A stretch of 63,511 bases of DNA, taken from assembly GCF_004010195.1 (NCBI RefSeq), contig NC_057719.1, positions 3,108,286-3,171,796 on the forward strand, in the 5' to 3' direction. Source of the DNA: Chiloscyllium plagiosum (lineage: Eukaryota). Position 1 is the stretch's first letter; each line of letters opens with the position of its first letter. The notes below the pieces were generated by a model. It saw only the letters and a list, made by a program, of their open reading frames with translations, was not told the DNA's origin and ran no database searches. Positions 1 through 13,680 of this stretch are shown here, one piece after another. The position numbers and the translations under genes are program-made.

Positions 1-281
1 GCAATCTTCTTCCCAACCTCTCCGCCCCCACCCGCACTCCGACCTATCACCCTCACCTTAACCTCCTTCCACCTGTCGCATTCCCAATGTCCCTCCCTCA
101 AGTCCGTCCTCTCTACCTTTTATCTTAGCCTGCTTGGCACATCCTCCTCATTCGTGAAGAAGGGCTTATGCCCGAAACGTCGATTCTCCTTCTCCTTGGA
201 TGCTGCCTGACCTGCTGCGCTTTTCCAGCAACACATTTTTAAGCTCTGATCTCCAGCATCTGCAGTTCTCACTTTCTCCTA
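1..281 (+). mobile_element. 3' terminal fragment of a Penelope-like element with a degenerate hammerhead motif
   Basis: Same terminal module (GAAGGGCTTATGCCCGAAACGTCGATT...CCAGCATCTGCAG..CTCACTTTCTCC) that bounds the GIY-YIG-bearing element at 16058-17515. Confidence 0.7.
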
Positions 282-900
282 GCAATCAGGACAGCCTACC
301 CACCATGCTGCTTCCCTAACCACCCTTCACACCTTCTGGCCACCTCTAGGATAGCCCATCTCAGTACCCGCCTGGGGTGACAGCGCTGAGGACGGCCTGC
401 CTGCCTTCCAGCTCTCGGTCCGCCCTGACACAACTTCTGGACACCTCTAGGACAGCCCATCCCGGTACCTGCCCGGGGTGACAGCACTGAGGACGGGCTA
501 CCCGCCTTCTGGCTCTCGGTCTGCTCCTATGTACCATTGGGCTCTCACCCACCCCAATGCACCATCTGGCCTGTGGACTGCCCTGATACACCTTCCAGCC
601 ACCTCTAGGACAGCCCGTCCCCTTCCCCAGGGTCGACAGAGTACAGGGCAGACCACAAGCTTTCTGGATCTCAGCCTGCCCCTACCCACCTTCTGGCTTT
701 CGGCCGCTCAGACACACCTACCGACCACCTCTAGGACGGCACGTCCTGATTACCCCTTCTCAGGACGACAGCGCTCAGAACGGCCTACCCACGCTCTGGC
801 TCTCGGGGCAACCGCCATCAGGATGGCCTACTCACCGTCAGGTTCACAGGACGGCCTACCCTCCCTCCGGCTCTCAGGGTGACAGCTTTCAGGACGATCT
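282..900. repeat. Degenerate GC-rich tandem repeat with irregular ~100-160 bp units
   Basis: ACCTCTAGGA recurs near 342, 443, 601 and 727, each followed by GACAGC.CT.AGGACGGCCTACCC-like blocks. Confidence 0.6.
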
Positions 901-1574
901 ATGAGCCTCCCAGCTCACAGTGAGGCCTGCCTGACCCAGGGACACACGACAGTGCAGGTGGTAAACCCAACAAGCAACAAGACAGAGTCAATTATCAACA
1001 GTGTTCTTTCTAGTATAGAGCCCATTATCATAAACAATTCTCTTCAAAATATAGAGTATTCCCAGGAACAGAGTCCTCTCCAGTATAAAAAGTTAGAAAT
1101 GGAGTCCACTCCAAACTGCAGAGTGCATTGCAAAAACAGAGTCCACAACCGAGGGTGGAGTCCACTCCTGAAGGCAGCAAATACATACCCCACAGCAAAC
1201 TCACAGGTGTTCAGTCTCCATGGAGACCTGGTCCATCCACAAAGGACCAGGCCCACTCACAGGAACACTATAAAGTTGTAGTTAACACACAGGAGTTTAG
1301 TCCACTCCCGAAGGCAGCAAATGCTCACCTCCCAGCACACACACAGGTGTCCAGTCTCTCTGGAGGCCTAGTCACCCACAAAGGGTCAGGCTTACACACA
1401 CAGTAACAGCTCATCTGGAAAAGGCCTCAGTCCAAACACCAAACAAAAGTGAAAACACATTCAAAAAAAGAAGAAAGAAAACTAGAGTGCAGGGGCTAAC
1501 CCCTGCCATAAAATTAGCATAGTCCTTTTCTCAAGATAAAGGGAAAAAGAGTAACACACAAGCTGTAACCAGCC

Positions 1575-2790
1575 ATAGAGTCATAGAGATGTATAGCATG
1601 GAAACAGACCCTTCACTCCAACTCGTCCATGCTGACCAGATATCCCAACCCAATCTCGTCCCACCTGCCAGCACCCGGCCCATATTCCTCCAAATCCTTC
1701 CTATTCATATACCCATCCAAATGCCTCTTAAATGTTGCAATTGTACCAGCCTCCACCACTTCCTCTGGCAGCTCATTCGATACACGTACTACCCTCTGCG
1801 TGAAAATGTTGCCCCTTCGGTCTCTTTTATATCTTTCCCCTCTCACCCTAAATCTATACCCTCTAGTTCTGGACTCCCCGATCCCAGGGAAAAGATTTTG
1901 CGTATTTTTCTTATCCATGCCCCTCATGATTTTATAAACCTCTATAAGGTCACCCCTCAGCCTCTGACATTCCAAGAAAAACAACCTCAGCTTATTCAAC
2001 CTCTCTCTATAGCTCAAATCCCCCAACCCTGGCAACATCCTTGTCAAGCTTTTCTGAACCCTTTCAAGTTTCACAACATCTTTCCAATAGGAAGGAGACC
2101 AGAATTGCATGCAATATTCCAACAGTGGCCTAACCAATGTCCTGTACAGCCACAACATGACCTCCCAACTCCTGTACTCAATACTCTGACCAATAAAGNN
2201 NNNNNNNNNNNNNNNNNNNNNNNNNNNNNNNNNNNNNNNNNNNNNNNNNNNNNNNNNNNNNNNNNCGCTGTCCACTACACCTCCAATTTTGGTGTCATCT
2301 GCAAACTTACTAACTGCACCTCTTATGCTCGCATCCAAATCATTTATGTAAATGACAAAAATTAGAGGACCCAGCACTGATCCTTGTGACACTCCACTGG
2401 TCACAGGTCTCCAGTCTAAAAAACAACCCTCCATCACCACCCTCTCTCTTCTGCCTTTGAGCCAGTTCTGTATCCAAATGGCTAGTTCTCCCTGTATTCC
2501 ATGAGATCTAACCTTGGTAACCAGTCTCTCATGGGGAACCTTGTCGAATGCCTTACTGAAGTCCATACAGATCACATCTACCACATCTGCCCTCATCAAT
2601 CCTCTTTGTTGCTTCTTCAAACAACTCAATCAAATTTGTGAGACATGATTTCCCACGCACAAAGCCATGTTGACTATCCCTAATCAGTCCTTGCCTTTCC
2701 AAATACATGTACATCCTGTCCCTCAAGATTCCCTCCAACTACTTGCCCACCACCGAGGTCAGGTTCACCGGTCTATAGTTCCCTGGCTTG
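1575..2790 (-). mobile_element. CR1 LINE, 5'-truncated (RT C-terminal half plus 3' UTR)
   Basis: ORF 1613-2629 has [28 protein letters not shown] and RPLLEYC; ends in the CTCTATGA-type tail. Confidence 0.95.
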
Positions 2791-4072
2791 AAACACATTG
2801 ACTGTGGAAATCAAGCAATTTAGAAATCAGTCCTCAATAAAAAAGGAATCCCAGTTACAAAACTGCTTTTGTAAACCAGCCTGTTTCAGAATCAGGTTCT
2901 CCCCAAAAAAGCAGAAAACAACAGCAACAGTAACACAGTGACTCTGGCCCAGCCACCACCGAGCCAATCCCCATAAACTGAGGAGATTCTAAATCTCCTA
3001 GTTTTTAAAAATTTTATTAAACAATACACAGTTTACAAAAAAATGTTAACATTAACAGCTGCTTTACAAGGGTAAGGAGCAGCAAAGCCAGGCCCCAAAC
3101 CCTATCGTTCAATCAGTTTTCAGGGAAATGAGGACAAATCTCCTGTTTCTATCTGTCAGCCAGGGCTCCCTGATAGGACCACATTAACAGCCCCAGTCAG
3201 GTCACTCATGTTCTATGTGATCCACCTGGCTAACCTGTTACAATCAGTACATGCAGTGGTCAGTCCCTCAGACCAGCACCAACAGTGGACTGGGAATCAC
3301 TCATTGTCAGTCGGGGAGCTGCAAACACAGCAGGCAAGGGGCTGGTCATCTCTAGGGCCTACTTGTCGCTGTCGGTCAGATGTCTAGGGATCTGACTGTC
3401 AAAGGAAGAAGCAAGCGAGGATCTATAGGGATAGGACTGGAGGTATGCTCAGTGCCAAAAGGGATGCAACAGTCATGGCTATGGGGATGTAAGAAGCATT
3501 TCTGGAAGTGGGATGAAGGGAGGTGACAGGGACAAACTGAAGGTGTACAGGAGTTGTGGTGGAACATCATCATAGGGCATGGTAGGCTATGGAAGTGGGG
3601 TTCAGGTTATTAGTGGCAGTGACCTCACAGTGGCCTCCTCAGGAAGAACATGGAGGAACAGTGGGGGCATCATTAAAGCCTAATGCCAGGGTTCAGGGAG
3701 GGGGGAACGGGGAGAACAGTTGGAGGCAGAGTGGGCCAGTGCGGTGGGTCACCACACAGGGGAACTGGGCACAGGAAATGGGGTAGATGTAAAAGGGGAC
3801 ATGAAGGCTCAGGGGTTTATAGAACATTGAACAGTACAGGCCGGTACAGTCCCTTCAGCCCACAGTGTTGTGCCTGCCTTTCATCCTACTCTTGGCAAAT
3901 GGCAACCAAATAGAGCCAGTTGACGATGGTATCACTGTGAGATATGACTGGCACCTTGCTGGGACAATCCCAGGGTGGGCAGGGTCAGTGTCAGTTTGAT
4001 GGCGGAAAGCATTGGAGTCATGTCCTGAAAGGATACTAGGACACAAAGCAGGCATTAACATAATTAACAAAG

Positions 4073-4235
4073 GGTGGCATGGTGGCTTAGTGCTGCTTCA
4101 CAAGTGCCAGGGACCCGGGATCCATCCAGCCTTGGGCAATATAGGGTAGGGGAATGGGCCTGGATGGGTTACTCTCCGGAGGGTTGGTGTGGACTTGTTG
4201 GGCTGAAGGGTCTGTTTCCACACTATAGGGATTCT
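4073..4235 (+). mobile_element. HE1-type SINE, internally deleted
   Basis: tRNA-like head GGTGGCATGGTGGCTTAG and 3' part GGACTTGTTGGGCTGAAGGG.CTGTTTCCACACT. Confidence 0.65.
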
Positions 4236-4284
4236 AATTCTAATAATGCAGATATGTATAATTTGCAGTCATTTCATTGTGCCG

Positions 4285-4580
4285 AACCAGAGGACACAGT
4301 TTAAAAATAAAGGTAGGCCATTTAGAACAGAGATGAGGAGAAACTTCTTCACCCAGAGAGTGGCAGGTGTGTGGAATGCTCTACCCCAGAAGGCAGTGGA
4401 GGCCCAGTCTCTGGATTCGTTTAAGAAAGAGTTGGATAGAGCTGTCAAGGATAGTGGAATCAAGGGTTATGAGATAAGGCAGGAACAGGATACTGATTAA
4501 GGATGATCAGCCATGATCATAATGAATGGTGGTGCAGGCACGAAGGGCAGAATGGCCTACTCCTGCACCTATTGTCTATC
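4285..4580 (+). mobile_element. CR1 3' fragment
   Basis: RRNFFTQRV...WNALP...FKKELD followed by 3' UTR GATCAGCCATGATC...GGCCTACTCCTGC. Confidence 0.85.
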
Positions 4581-4899
4581 CAAAAAACCATCCCATGCCC
4601 ATCTTGATTGCACTAATTGAAGGTGCCCCCACCATATTTCCAGGAAGTGCAGTCCACACCCCAACTACTCACTGAAGGTGACAGTCAGTCTGCAGCTCTA
4701 TGTGACTGGCACCTTACGGGGAGCGAAAGGCAACCTGTGTGGGGTCTCTCAGTGATACACACACAAATGCATCAGGACAGTAACCCTTGTACCTGTGTAG
4801 CGTCACACTGGTTCATTTTCTTCGCTCTGTGGCAGGGTCAGTGCTGCAGCCTGGGCCGTAGGATTCAGGAACATCGCTAAGCTCTCCCAGGTACCAGAT

Positions 4900-5215
4900 A
4901 CCATCAATAGCGCACGCATGGCACCGAGAAGATTGTATCACAACCCTCCTGAATTTATCAGCAGAAAGATGTTCCGTTAATGTTCAGGTGATCTGTGATC
5001 ACTGTTCCCACTTCCTGGACATGTATGCCTGCTACCCTGGCTGTTGCCTTGGCATCCTGGAGCATTCTTATGTATACACTGCGTTGGAGAGTCTGGCTAC
5101 TGGGGGACAAGGGCTACTCACTGTGACTATGGCTGATATCAACATGACACAGCCCCCTGACTGATGCAGAGAACTGATACAATGCTGCCCACACTTTGAC
5201 CAGGGCTGGCAGGGC
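4900..5215 (+). mobile_element. Degenerate PIF/Harbinger DDE transposase fragment
   Basis: Manual translation across frameshifts gives EFISRK (4951), VNVQVICDH (4976), YPG, WLLGDKGYSL (5094) and LTDAEN*YNAAHTLTR, in the order of Harbinger/HARBI1 motifs. Confidence 0.75.
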
Positions 5216-5744
5216 AGATGATGGGGTTCCTGACGGTGTATGTCCACTGCTTGGCTCCATCTGGCGGGGGGTGTTGGAGACATCCAGTGGAGTTGGGACA
5301 GAACGTACCTCATCATCCCGGCATACTGCGCTCTACACAACTGCAATGGGCAATGAGGAGACGGGATAGATGCCGAGGAACTGGAGGGACAGGAGTATCA
5401 TTCCGAGCAGGTGGACAAGGACGCTGGGAAGGAGCATGCCTTCTTTGCCCGTAATGGAGCTGAGCTGCGTGAGGTACTACACAGCAGGGCCTCTCAAGTA
5501 GGCTACACTGGGATATAGTAGCTGGGAGCAGTGAACCATCCCAGGGTGTTGGTCACAATTTCTTGCCTGCCTGAGGCGATCCTGTACTGGACAAGGAGAA
5601 GCTGTGGGTCTCCAGTGGACATTGGCAACAGAGGAGCGGTGACTTAGACAGGGTGCTTAGACAGAATGTAGCTGAAGTCAGGTAAACAGTGCGGTCTGAC
5701 TGTTAAATAACTATGAGGGTAAGGGAATGGGAGCATGCGTATGA

Positions 5745-6265
5745 TGGAGTTTTGATCGCCACACTACCAGAAGGATGCGGAAACTTTAGGGAGAGTACAG
5801 AGAAGGTTCACCAGGATGTTGCCTAGTCTCAAGGGCACTGGCTCTGGGGAAAGGTTAAAAAGACTGGAAAAACATCAGCTGAGAGGAATACTGATAGAGG
5901 CCCAGGCAATTATGAGAGGCATAGGCAGGTTGGATAGTCAGAGACTTTTCCCCAGGGTTGAAGTTTCAATTACAAGGGGGCACAGGTTCATGGTGAGGGG
6001 GAGGGATAGTTTAAGGGAGATGTGCGAGGGAAGTATTTCACTCAGAGAACGGTAGGAGCCTGGAACACACTGCCAGTAAAGGTGGTGGAAACAGGCATGT
6101 TGGTTACATTGAAGAGGCATCTGGATGGTTACAGGAATAGGGAGGGAATACAGGGATAGGACTGAATAAGGGCAGAAGGTTTGTTTTTGAGTTTAGTTAG
6201 GGCATGATGATCAGCAAAGGCTGGGATGGCCGAAGGGCCTGTTCCTGTGCTGTATTTCTCTTTTG
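5745..6265 (+). mobile_element. CR1 3' fragment
   Basis: RVQRRFTRMLP...LRGILIE...RGH motifs plus 3' UTR. Confidence 0.8.
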
Positions 6266-6599
6266 TTCTTTTGAATACCAGCCAGGAGCAGCATGGCTGT
6301 GCCATGACATTGCTGGTGAGGGAATGCCAACACTGATTGCCAACGTTTGTACAGTTAGCTTTGAAATATGGCATAGACACAAAGGATGCCAGTGGATGTT
6401 CACTGAGTGGTGAATTGTTCTGGAAACAGCGCATGGTTAAATGGGGTTGGAATCAGTTGGAATAGACATCATTGGGTATGGGTGACGGGTTAAAGAGGTG
6501 GGTTTGGTAAGATACAATGAGAAATCTCACTCGGTGTTGTGGCCAAAAAATCCTCCAAATAACACAACACAACCTGCTCTTAACCATTTCGATGTACAA

Positions 6600-7580
6600 T
6601 ATGCACACACACACAAACACACCCCCCCCCACACACACACACACACCACACAATCACACCTACACACAAACACACCCACACACACACACAACACACACAA
6701 ACACACCCACACACACACACNNNNNNNNNNNNNNNNNNNNNNNNNNNNNNNNNNNNNNNNNNNNNNNNNNNNNNNNNNNNNNNNNNNNNNNNNNNNNNNN
6801 NNNNNNNNNNNNNNNNNNNNNNNNNNNNNNNNNNNNNNNNNNNNNNNNNNNNNNNNNNNNNNNNNNNNNNNNNNNNNNNNNNNNNNNNNNNNNNNNNNNN
6901 NNNNNNNNNNNNNNNNNNNNNNNNNNNNNNNNNNNNNNNNNNNNNNNNNNNNNNNNNNNNNNNNNNNNNNNNNNNAACACACCAACACAAATGTACACAC
7001 ACAAACACACCCACATACAAACCCCTTTGCACAAACACCCACACAATTGTACACACACAAACACACTCATCAACACAAAAACATGCATATACAAAACACA
7101 TCCACACAAATAAATACATACACAAACATACACATATGCACCCACACACAAACACACCCACGTACAGATGTGTACACACATACATGTACACACACCCCCA
7201 CAAATAGATACAACTACACACGTACATACACATCTACACATAATGTGCATACATGTGTACATACTCACACACCCACACAGATGCATACACATAGACATGC
7301 GCACAGATACAAAGATACACACAGACACAAACATGCACACATTTAGACACATACACAGATACGTGTACATACAATGACACATACAGACACTTGCACAGAG
7401 ACACACATGCACCAGGAATGCATGTTAATGCACAGACACACACTCGTTCACACTCACACATGTACACTGACATCTGCACAGAGATACACATGCACACAAA
7501 CACATGGACACACAAGCAGATACACACATACTTATACACACAACACACAAAAACATATACAGACTTTCACTCATGCACAT
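6600..7580. repeat. CA-rich low-complexity/microsatellite tract containing an assembly gap
   Basis: (CA)n variants throughout; Ns at 6721-6975. Confidence 0.95.
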
Positions 7581-8168
7581 TCTCAGACAAACCTAAATGC
7601 ACAATAAAATTCCATGGTTTAGAAAGAAAAATAAATCAAGAATTGTAGAAACTAGACTGTGTTGAGCTCTGGAGTAGGAGGTAAAGAGGTGCTAAGTGGA
7701 AAAGCAGTGTGTGTGTGATGGAATCAGTACTGAGTTGAGTTCTGGCCAGCCTGCTATTAAAACTAAAATTGCTCACAGGAGAGTTGTGTAATATTCAGAC
7801 AGATCGTGTTTAATCAGGTGTCCCAATGCCAAAAATAAGAAAAGAACATCACTCCAATAAAGTCAAGATCAGTGAAGTGGAGCACTCGCAGATACTAGTG
7901 TACAAGGGCTTAATGTGTTCTCATGCAATCCATTAACCTGATATTTTAATGGTTTGTTTTAAATGGGTTAGTACCTCTGTTACAATGATGCAGTAGGTAA
8001 TTTCTCCAAAGTAGTTTAAGTACCCATATTCTTTAATATCTTACAGTGTTATTTTAAAGGGTAAGCTAGTTGAGAATTAGTGGACAGCTTTCAATGTCGA
8101 TTATTTGTCAGTTTCTGCAGAGTTTCTGTTCACAACATAAGGATCTGGCTGGGATGAACATTTGCTAA

Positions 8169-8251
8169 AAATGTGTTGCTGGAAAAGCGCAGCAGGTCAG
8201 GCAGAATCCAAGGAACAGGAGAATCAACGTTTCGGGCATAAGCCCTTCTTC
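8169..8251 (-). mobile_element. Short Penelope-like terminal fragment with 15-bp TSD
   Basis: Flanked by ATGAACATTTGCTAA at 8154-8168 and 8252-8266. Confidence 0.75.
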
Positions 8252-8479
8252 ATGAACATTTGCTAATCAACCAGGTCAGACCTGTCATTTCACACCCACA
8301 GAGCAGGTGGGACTTGAACACAGATGTCCTAGCTCAGAGGAGGGGACATTACCACTGCACCACAAGGCCCTCTGATTGGGAATATTGCTTAGTACCTGAG
8401 TTTTACCAAGTGCCCAGCCCTCTGTTTGTCACACAGTTGTATAGTTTATTCCCTCACCTAATTAAACTGGCTCAATTGA

Positions 8480-9090
8480 ATGGGTGCAGGGTGGCTCAGT
8501 GGTTAGCACTGCTGCCTCACAGTGCCAGGGACCTGGGTTCAATTCCATCCTTGGGTGACAGTATGTATGGAGTTTGCACATTCTCCTTATTTCTGTGTGG
8601 GTGTGCTGTAGCTTCCTCCCACAGATGAGTGGATTAGCCATGTTAAATTGCCCATAGTATCCCAGGGATGTGCAAGCTCAGTCTCACTTTAAGGTGAGAG
8701 AGGAAAAGTTAAAGATGGACCCATGGGACAACCTCTTCACACAGAGAGTGGTGTGGACATGGAGTGGGCTGCCAGAGAATGTGGTTGAGGTAGGTACAAC
8801 AACAACATTTAGAAAACATTTGGATAGGCACGTGAATGGGAAGGGTTTAGAGGGATACGGACCAAATATGGGCAATTGGAACTAGCTGAATGGGCACCAT
8901 GGCCAGTTTGGGGCAAAGGGCCTGTTTCCATGCTTTATGACTCTATTAGTCTATGACTAGGTGGAGTCAGCCTTGGGAATGTTGGGTTATAGGGATGGGG
9001 TGGGTCTGGGTGTGATGATCTTTGGAGGGTCAGTGTGAACTTGATGGGCTAAATGGCTTGTTTTCACACTGTGGAGATTCTATGAATCTA
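8480..9090 (+). mobile_element. HE1-type SINE interrupted by a CR1 3' fragment (~8680-8960)
   Basis: GGTGGCTCAGTGGTTAGCACTGCTGCCTCACAG head; the SINE body resumes after the CR1 tail. Confidence 0.8.
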
Positions 9091-9475
9091 TATCATTTTT
9101 AGGATGATGCGTTAAACTAAGGTTATTTCTGCATTCTCAAGTGGACATTTTAAAAAAGCTCTGAGAGTGTTTTAAGTAGAGTGGGGCCATTCTCCCTTGG
9201 CTCCTGGTTGTTACTTATCGCTCAATTGACAGCAGTGAGACAGATTAGGTAGTCACTATTACCTTGCTGTTTTGTGAGTTAGCAACTAGGCTACTGCAGT
9301 TTCCACATTACAGCAGTGATTACACTTTGAAAGTACTTCATCAGCTGTCAAACACTTCCCAGGGAGAAAAACCACTGACAAAGAAATGGTCATACTGAAT
9401 ATATAGGTCATACTGAAGCTCCTTGATGAGATATGTACAAGACAAGACATCTTTTTCTAATTTTACTGTTTTTCT

Positions 9476-9783
9476 AGATTACATTACAGTGTGGAAACAG
9501 GCCCTTCAGCCCAACAAGTCCCACACTGACCTGCCAAAGCGCAACCCACCCATACCCCTACATTTACCCCTTACCTAACACTACGGGCAATTTAGCCTGG
9601 CCAATTCACCTGACCTGCACATCTTTGTGACTGTGGGAGGAAACCGGAGCACCCGGAGGAAACCCACGCAGACACGGGGAGAATGTGCAAACTCCACACA
9701 GTCAGTCGCCTGAGGCGGGAATTGAACCCAGGTCTCCGGCGCTATGAAGCAACAGTGCTAACCACTGTGCCACCGTGCCGCCC
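9476..9783 (-). mobile_element. Full-length HE1-type SINE
   Basis: Reverse complement GGCGGCACGGTGGCACAGTGGTTAGCAC...GGTTCAATTCCC with A/B boxes, complete body and tail. Confidence 0.9.
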
Positions 9784-10851
9784 ATCTTTCTGGGATAACA
9801 ATAAAAGGTGCTATAGAAATGCAAGTCTTTCTTTTCCTCCTTCCCTGTATTCAGTGCAATTCACATAAGATTCCTCTTATGCTGCCTGATGGAAGTTGTA
9901 CAGTCGTGGTGTAAAGGCCTTACACTGTGAAGAGAGAGAGAGAAAGAATGTGCATTCTGAGAAGCTCTCTCACTTCGCTAAATGACTTTTCCCTTCTTAC
10001 TGATTTAGTGGTTTTATATGAATGTGTACAGGGTAGAGAACTGTCCTTCTGTAGTGACTGGGAACTGTGCAGAGTTAAAAGGGGAAGGTTTTATATTTCG
10101 TCGACCTGGCTGGGCAGCTGGAGGGGGTTGCGAAGGTGTAACTGAGCAGAGGAGGTGGAGCATGGAGCATGAGGTGAAGCTGGTCACATTTCCAGGGTAC
10201 GGAGATAAGCTCCTACTCCAGTTGACTTTACTAAAACTTATCGTCTTAACCCCAATTCACCCCCACTGCTAGTGAGATGTGTTGCACACACAGTGTAAAC
10301 ACTATCTCCCTGAAATAACACTGCTCATCACAGAAACTCCATATCGTATATTAAAATGGCTGACAAAGGACTTGGTTACCCAAGCAACAGGCTCATTTCA
10401 GGGTGGTGTTGGTGATTTGGAAGTTCAGAGTACATTTTCTCCATGATCTTTGGAATACTTTTATTCGGTTCCACCTGCAAATTGAAACTCTTTCCCACAC
10501 AATGAATAATCCTTACCCTGCTGAATAAATAGAAACTCCAACACTATCATACAGTGACTTAGAGCCTAAGACATTGGAGCAAGTGTAGGCCATGGTCCCT
10601 CCAGCTTGCTCTGCCCTTTCATGACATGATGGCCAATTTACTTCAACTCCACTTTGCTGCCTAATTCTCATGTCCCTCCATTGACTTATGGTCTAAAACT
10701 CTACCTCAGCCTTAACTATACTCAATGGCTGAGCACCTACAGCCACCTGAAGTAGAAAATTCTAAAGATTCACAACCATACTGAGTGAAAATAATCCCTC
10801 TCCTCTGCATTCTGAATGACTGACCTGTTGAGAGAGATGGTCACATTGTGA

Positions 10852-11240
10852 ACGTCAGAGGCTGAGGGCTGACCTTATAGAGGTTTACAAAATTATGAGG
10901 GGCATGGATAGGATAAATAGACAAAGTCTTTTCCCTGGGGTCGGTGAGTCCAGACCTAGAGGGCATAGGTTTAGGGTGAGAGGGGAAAGATATAAAAGAG
11001 ATCTACGGGGCAGAGGGTGGTACGTGTATGGAATCTGCTGCCAGATGAAGTGGTGGAGACTGGTACAATCACAACATTTAATAGGAATTTGGATGGGAAT
11101 ATGAATAAGGGAGGTATAGGGGGATATGGGCCGGGTGCTGGCAGGTGGGACTAGATTGGATTGGGATATCTGGTCTGCATGGACAGGTTGGACCGAAAAG
11201 TCTGTTTCCATGCTGTACATCTCTATGACTCTATGACTCT
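10852..11240 (+). mobile_element. CR1 3' fragment
   Basis: DLIEVYKIMRG...RGHRF and CTCTATGACTCTATGA tail. Confidence 0.9.
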
Positions 11241-12025
11241 TAAATGTCCCCTGGGCATCTAGGGATGTGCTGGCCTCACCAGTGATGCCTGCATCCTGTG
11301 AATGAATAAAGAAAAAAAAGAACTCTTATCAACTCCACATGGTCTCGGCTCATTCTGCTCAATTCTTCCTGATTGGACAATCCTCCCATCCCAGTAATCA
11401 ATCTTTGTTTTCCTTATCTTGCTGACCAAACAGAACTGCTCTAGTACATAGTGGATAATCCCTAACCTGCTGAATAAACAGCAAATCCAGACCATTACAA
11501 ACTTAGTAATCATGACCCTGCTGAACAGAAGCTCAATACAGTTTTACATGAAATGTTATGATTAACTTTTTTTTCCCAGTTTTTCTTCTGGAACTGATGC
11601 ATTTTAGTAACTGTTCTGCTATTAATGGCAGTGTCCTGGAACCTCACTCAAGTGACGACTCTTTGTGAGTGAGGGGAGATATTAGCTGTCTACAGTCCCT
11701 CCCATCAGCAGACAACAGGTCAGGCAAGCTGCAACCTCTTCTCAAATTCTTTGCTGCTGGGCTTTAGATTTTTGAAGGAGCTGGAGGCTCAGTATAATTG
11801 CTTCATCACCAATCCCCATTATTCTATCCCCAGTTACTATCATAGCCACGATCAGCACAGAGTGAGGCCAAGTTGAAGTCTTTCATCTGCGTGTGGCCCA
11901 GAGCATCTCAAAGTAGGCAATTATACACATACCCAGCGGCCACAGTCATGGATTTTAGGAAGACTACAGCAGAAATTTTAAAGAAGACCATTTTGAGAAG
12001 TGTAGATGAGCTGAGAGACCTTCAT

Positions 12026-12153
12026 CTAGGCGAAAGTGAGGACTGCGGATGCTGGAGATCAGTGTCGAGAATGTGGTGCTGGAAAAGAACAGTAAGTCAG
12101 GCAGCATCCGAGAAGCAGGAAAATCAAAGTTTCGGGCAAAAGCCCTTCATCAG
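12026..12153 (-). mobile_element. Short Penelope-like terminal fragment with 13-bp TSD
   Basis: GAGAGACCTTCAT at 12013-12025 and 12154-12166. Confidence 0.75.
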
Positions 12154-12464
12154 GAGAGACCTTCATGCCCATTTACACAAATCCTGAAAGCTGTGCAGGT
12201 GGTGAAGGAAGTTCTCATCTTTTGCAGAACTATAAATTTGGATCCTCCAATTAGTTTTCCAGTCTTGTTACAGAACCAAAACAGCTCTAGCAAAGTCCCA
12301 AATTACATTCTTTATGACTTTGACAAAAGGTAAATCTTCCATTTTTGACCTTCTCAGCCTGTCTATGTCCTTTGATGTGTTCACCATACCATCTTCCTCT
12401 TTACTGTCATCAGTTGGGTTCCATCTTGGTTGGCTACATACAGACTTAACTATTCCAGTTCATT

Positions 12465-13190
12465 CATAGAATCTCTACATTATGGAAGCAGGTCATTTGG
12501 CCCATTGAGTCCATACCGATCATCTCATCGCCTCACCATATCCCTGCATTTTCCATTGCTAACCCACCTAATCTGCACATCCCTGAACACTATGGGCAAT
12601 GTAGCTTGGCCAATATAGGCGAAAGTGAGGACTGCAGATGCTAAAGGTCAGAGTCAAGATTAGAGTGGTGCTGCAAAACCACAGCAGGTCAGGCAGCATC
12701 TGAGGAGCAGTAAAATCGACATTTCGGGCAAAAGCCCTTCATCAGGAATGAGGCAGAGAGTCTCCGGGTTGGAGAGATAAGTGGGAGGGAAGTGGGGTTG
12801 GGGAGAAGGTAGTTAAGAGTGCAATAGATGGATGGAAGTTCAACCTCAGGGCATCAATGTGGACTTCACCAGTTTCCTAATTTCCCCTCTCCCCACCTTA
12901 TCCCAGTTCCAACCTTCCAGCTCAGCGCCGTCCAAGGGCTTTTGCCTGAAATGGCGATTTTCCTGCTCCTCGGATACTGCCTGACCTGCTGTGCTTTTCC
13001 AGCACCACTCTAATCTTGGCCAATATACCCTACCTGCACATCATTGGTCTGTGGGAGGAAACCAGAGTATTTGGAGGAAACCCACACAGACACGGGGAGA
13101 ATGTGCAAACTCCACACAGATTGAGGCAGGAATTGAACCTGGGTTCCTGCAGCAGTCAAACTGTTCTGCCTAACCACCTGACTGTTGTCC
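12465..13190 (-). mobile_element. HE1-type SINE split by an inverted-terminus Penelope-like insertion (12618-13014)
   Basis: TSD CTTGGCCAATATA at 12605-12617 and 13015-13027; SINE halves on either side. Confidence 0.8.
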
Positions 13191-13199
13191 CACATTTTA

Positions 13200-13680
13200 C
13201 TCTCAATAACCGAGGTGATCCAATACTCTGCTGTTCATCTCTTCACCTGCAGCATGTTTTGTCCCCTTATCCTTGTGCTCGCTGACTGATATTGACCCCA
13301 TTCTGGCAGCATCTTGATTTTAAAATTCTCGTCCTTGTTTTCAAATCCTTCCCCAGCTTTCACCCTTCCTGTTCTCTCCTCCAGCTCTACAACCCTTGGA
13401 GATCTCTTTGTTCCACTAATTATGGCCTTCTGAAAATCCTCAACTTTACTTTCTGTACTGTTGGCTACTGTGCTGATAATTAGCCAGATCCTAAAGTTTG
13501 GAATAACCCACACCTCTACACCTTTCCACCTCACTCTCCCCCTTTAAAATGATTCTTAAAGTGCAACTCTTTGGCCAAGCTCTTGTTCACCATACTTCAT
13601 ATTTTCTTTGTCAAATTTTGTTTTCTAATGCCCCATTGTAAGCGTTTTGTTTATGTTAAAGCTGTACAAATGTAATTTTT
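13200..13680 (+). mobile_element. Old L2-like LINE 3' fragment
   Basis: DFKILVLVFKS-type C-terminal motif, then TTTGGAATA, TTCTTAAA and an L2-like 3' end. Confidence 0.55.

Noticed and set aside
6498..7648. Long His/Thr- and Cys/Val-rich ORFs
   Set aside because: Translations of CA/TG microsatellite and N runs
9700..9783. tRNA gene
   Set aside because: It is the tRNA-derived head of a SINE, continuous with the SINE body; the same applies to the other copies
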